Below are positions 62,392 through 64,000 of a DNA stretch of 64,000 bases, piece after piece. The translations under genes and the position numbers were made by a program. Source of the DNA: Amoebophrya sp. A120 (Eukaryota > Protista > Dinoflagellata); NCBI GenBank assembly GCA_905178155.1, contig CAJINV010000006.1, positions 1,799,876 to 1,863,875 on the forward strand, written 5' to 3'. Positions within the stretch are counted from its first letter, which is position 1; the number at the start of each line of letters is the position of its first letter. The notes beneath the pieces are model-generated. The model was not told where the DNA came from. It saw nothing but the letters and a program-made list of their open reading frames with translations, and did no database searches.

Positions 62392-64000
62392 ATGAAGCGT
62401 TCCCGACAGAATGCGGGTCACGACGAGGACCAGGTCTCCTTCGTGAACAACGACACAGCTCCGGCCCAAAACGACGTCGACATGATCGATGTAAATTTCG
62501 AGTTATGCTGTGCAAAAGTATCGTACTCGTATAAATGCAGGTCTTGCATTACAAATTTCTTTGTCAAGGCAAATCAGCATTACAAATTTTATTTCTCATG
62601 CTGAGGAAATTTGTAATGCATTTATACAAGTATCGGATACTTTTGCAGTTCATACGAGTTCTACGAACCCTTCGAAACCGACTTCCACGGGGTCCGGCTA
62701 TGCATTGCAAAAGTATCGTACTCGTATAAATGCATTACAAATTTCCTCAGCATGAGAGATAAAATTTGTAATGCAGATTGAGCTTAAGAAAGGGATTTGT
62801 AATGCATGATTGCAATACGAGTACGATACTTTTGCACAGGATACCGGCAGCTTCTGAACAAATCCTTCGAGTTATTACAATGAAAAATGCCCCCTCCCCA
62901 TATCAAAAAGAAAATCTGTGATGCAGATTTGTGGTTACAAATCAGCTTGGTGTTGCTAGAAGGCAAAAGATGCGGACTGAAGTGCTGCCTAGCGTGGGAA
63001 GGCCGTGCTGCTCCAGCAGGACAGGAGGCAACTGGAAGTGGGAAACAGCATGACAGATTGCCTGCAATTCAGCCCGCAGCTGCGTCTACTCTTGCTGGCT
63101 TTCTAGCAATACAAGTCGAGTTGTGTACTCAAATACAGCATCACAAATTGCGTTTCCGATATGGGGTGGAGGCTTTTTTCCCTAGGATACGAGTGGTGCA
63201 AGACGGATCCCATTTTCGATTTGACGGAAGTGACGGACGTGTGCTTATCAACTGTAAAAATGTCTAGGTCTGGAAGATTGCCAGGTCTGTCATGCATATT
63301 TTGAATGACCCATGATGTCTGTGATGCATGCCCTAGCATCACAGATTTTTAGAGGACCTTTTGATGCCTCTACCGGATGAGAAACGCCCACTCCGCGTAG
63401 CACAAACTGAACTCCTCTTGCTGGTCATGCAATACAGATTTTTTTACCTTCCAAAGACAGCATCACAAGTTGCAACCTTCCAGACCCAGACATTTTTGCA
63501 TTCGATAATGCTGCAACCAGGGCAACATCGGAACGGTGTTGAAGACTACGGATCAACTATCAAACGAAAAAAGTTCGTCACGATCACGCGTGCGCACTTT
63601 TGCAATACAAAATTTTCTGGCATGCGTAAAAATGCATCACAGGCAAACTTCATAAGGGATTTCCCTAGACGAGTTTCTGCAAAGGACGGAAAAGCTCAAG
63701 CTGTGATGCTAAAAGAATTTGTAGTGCAAGTTCGTGACTGCGGCAAACTTTTTTCTCTCCATATCAACAGGCGGGCGCTGGCGAACAACAGATACAAGGT
63801 GGCGGCAAAACTGCTTCTGGCGAGCAAAACAACAATCTTTCCTCTTCCGCCGGCGCGGCCGCGGCTGGCGCGGCCGGGGGCAGGGGAGCAACGACCACGA
63901 CGCCACAGGAAACGGGTTTATTCGGCATCACGACTGCAGTGAATCTGAAGCAGTACAAGTCCTCATTCACCTATCAAACAAGAAAAAGTTCGTCGCGATC
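62392..64000 (+). CDS. BCP1: BCP1/BCCIP family protein, 5' part, runs off the window
   Basis: Reconstructed MIDVNFEFYEPFETDFHGVRQLLNKSF..FDLTEVTDVCCNQGNIGTVLKT..GLFGITTAVNLKQYK matches the BCCIP/Bcp1 N-terminal pattern (FEF..D(F/Y).G(I/V)..LL; L.DL...Q..IG.V.K; FG....NL). Elements: 62504-62654, 62699-62843, 62873-63189, 63246-63507, 63558-63763, 63972-end. Confidence 0.85.
62699..62843. mobile_element. TIR introner family B (representative of ~33 copies, mostly 140-170 bp)
   Basis: TIR TATGCATTGCAAAAGTATCGTACTCGTAT...ATACGAGTACGATACTTTTGCACAGGATA, TSD CCGGC. Other starts: 3902, 4760, 5369, 6104, 6694, 9712, 10812, 13364, 18477, 28394, 32571, 33231, 33743, 34234, 34858, 35622, 36592, 39392, 41596, 42775, 44996, 48171, 48856, 49720, 50160, 52104, 52330, 55687, 58655, 59146, 59832, 62504. 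Confidence 0.93.

Noticed and set aside
3083-64000. Many short ORFs with recurring peptides (IKCKNVWVWK, QKYRTR, CKSIVLV, PDPDIF)
   Set aside because: They are translations of the TIRs of families A and B, not a protein family.

Overview
Eukaryotic genomic DNA. The intron architecture closely resembles that published for the parasitic dinoflagellate Amoebophrya; the taxon is an inference. About 90 short elements (mostly 140-325 bp) interrupt five + strand genes. They start with TA(T), end with (A)TA, carry terminal inverted repeats of at least 8 families and are flanked by 5-bp direct repeats. Removing each element plus one 5-bp repeat restores the reading frames. This gives a ~3,300-codon ZRANB3-like SNF2 helicase/HNH nuclease (29 such introns), an acidic coiled-coil protein, a small unknown protein, a large coiled-coil protein and the 5' part of BCP1/BCCIP. 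A GC-rich, element-free island encodes a probable secreted protein. Four elements contain kb-scale nested insertions. There is one N gap (29481-30033). No rRNA, tRNA, CRISPR array or transposase gene was recognised. Gene models were assembled by eye and need RNA confirmation.
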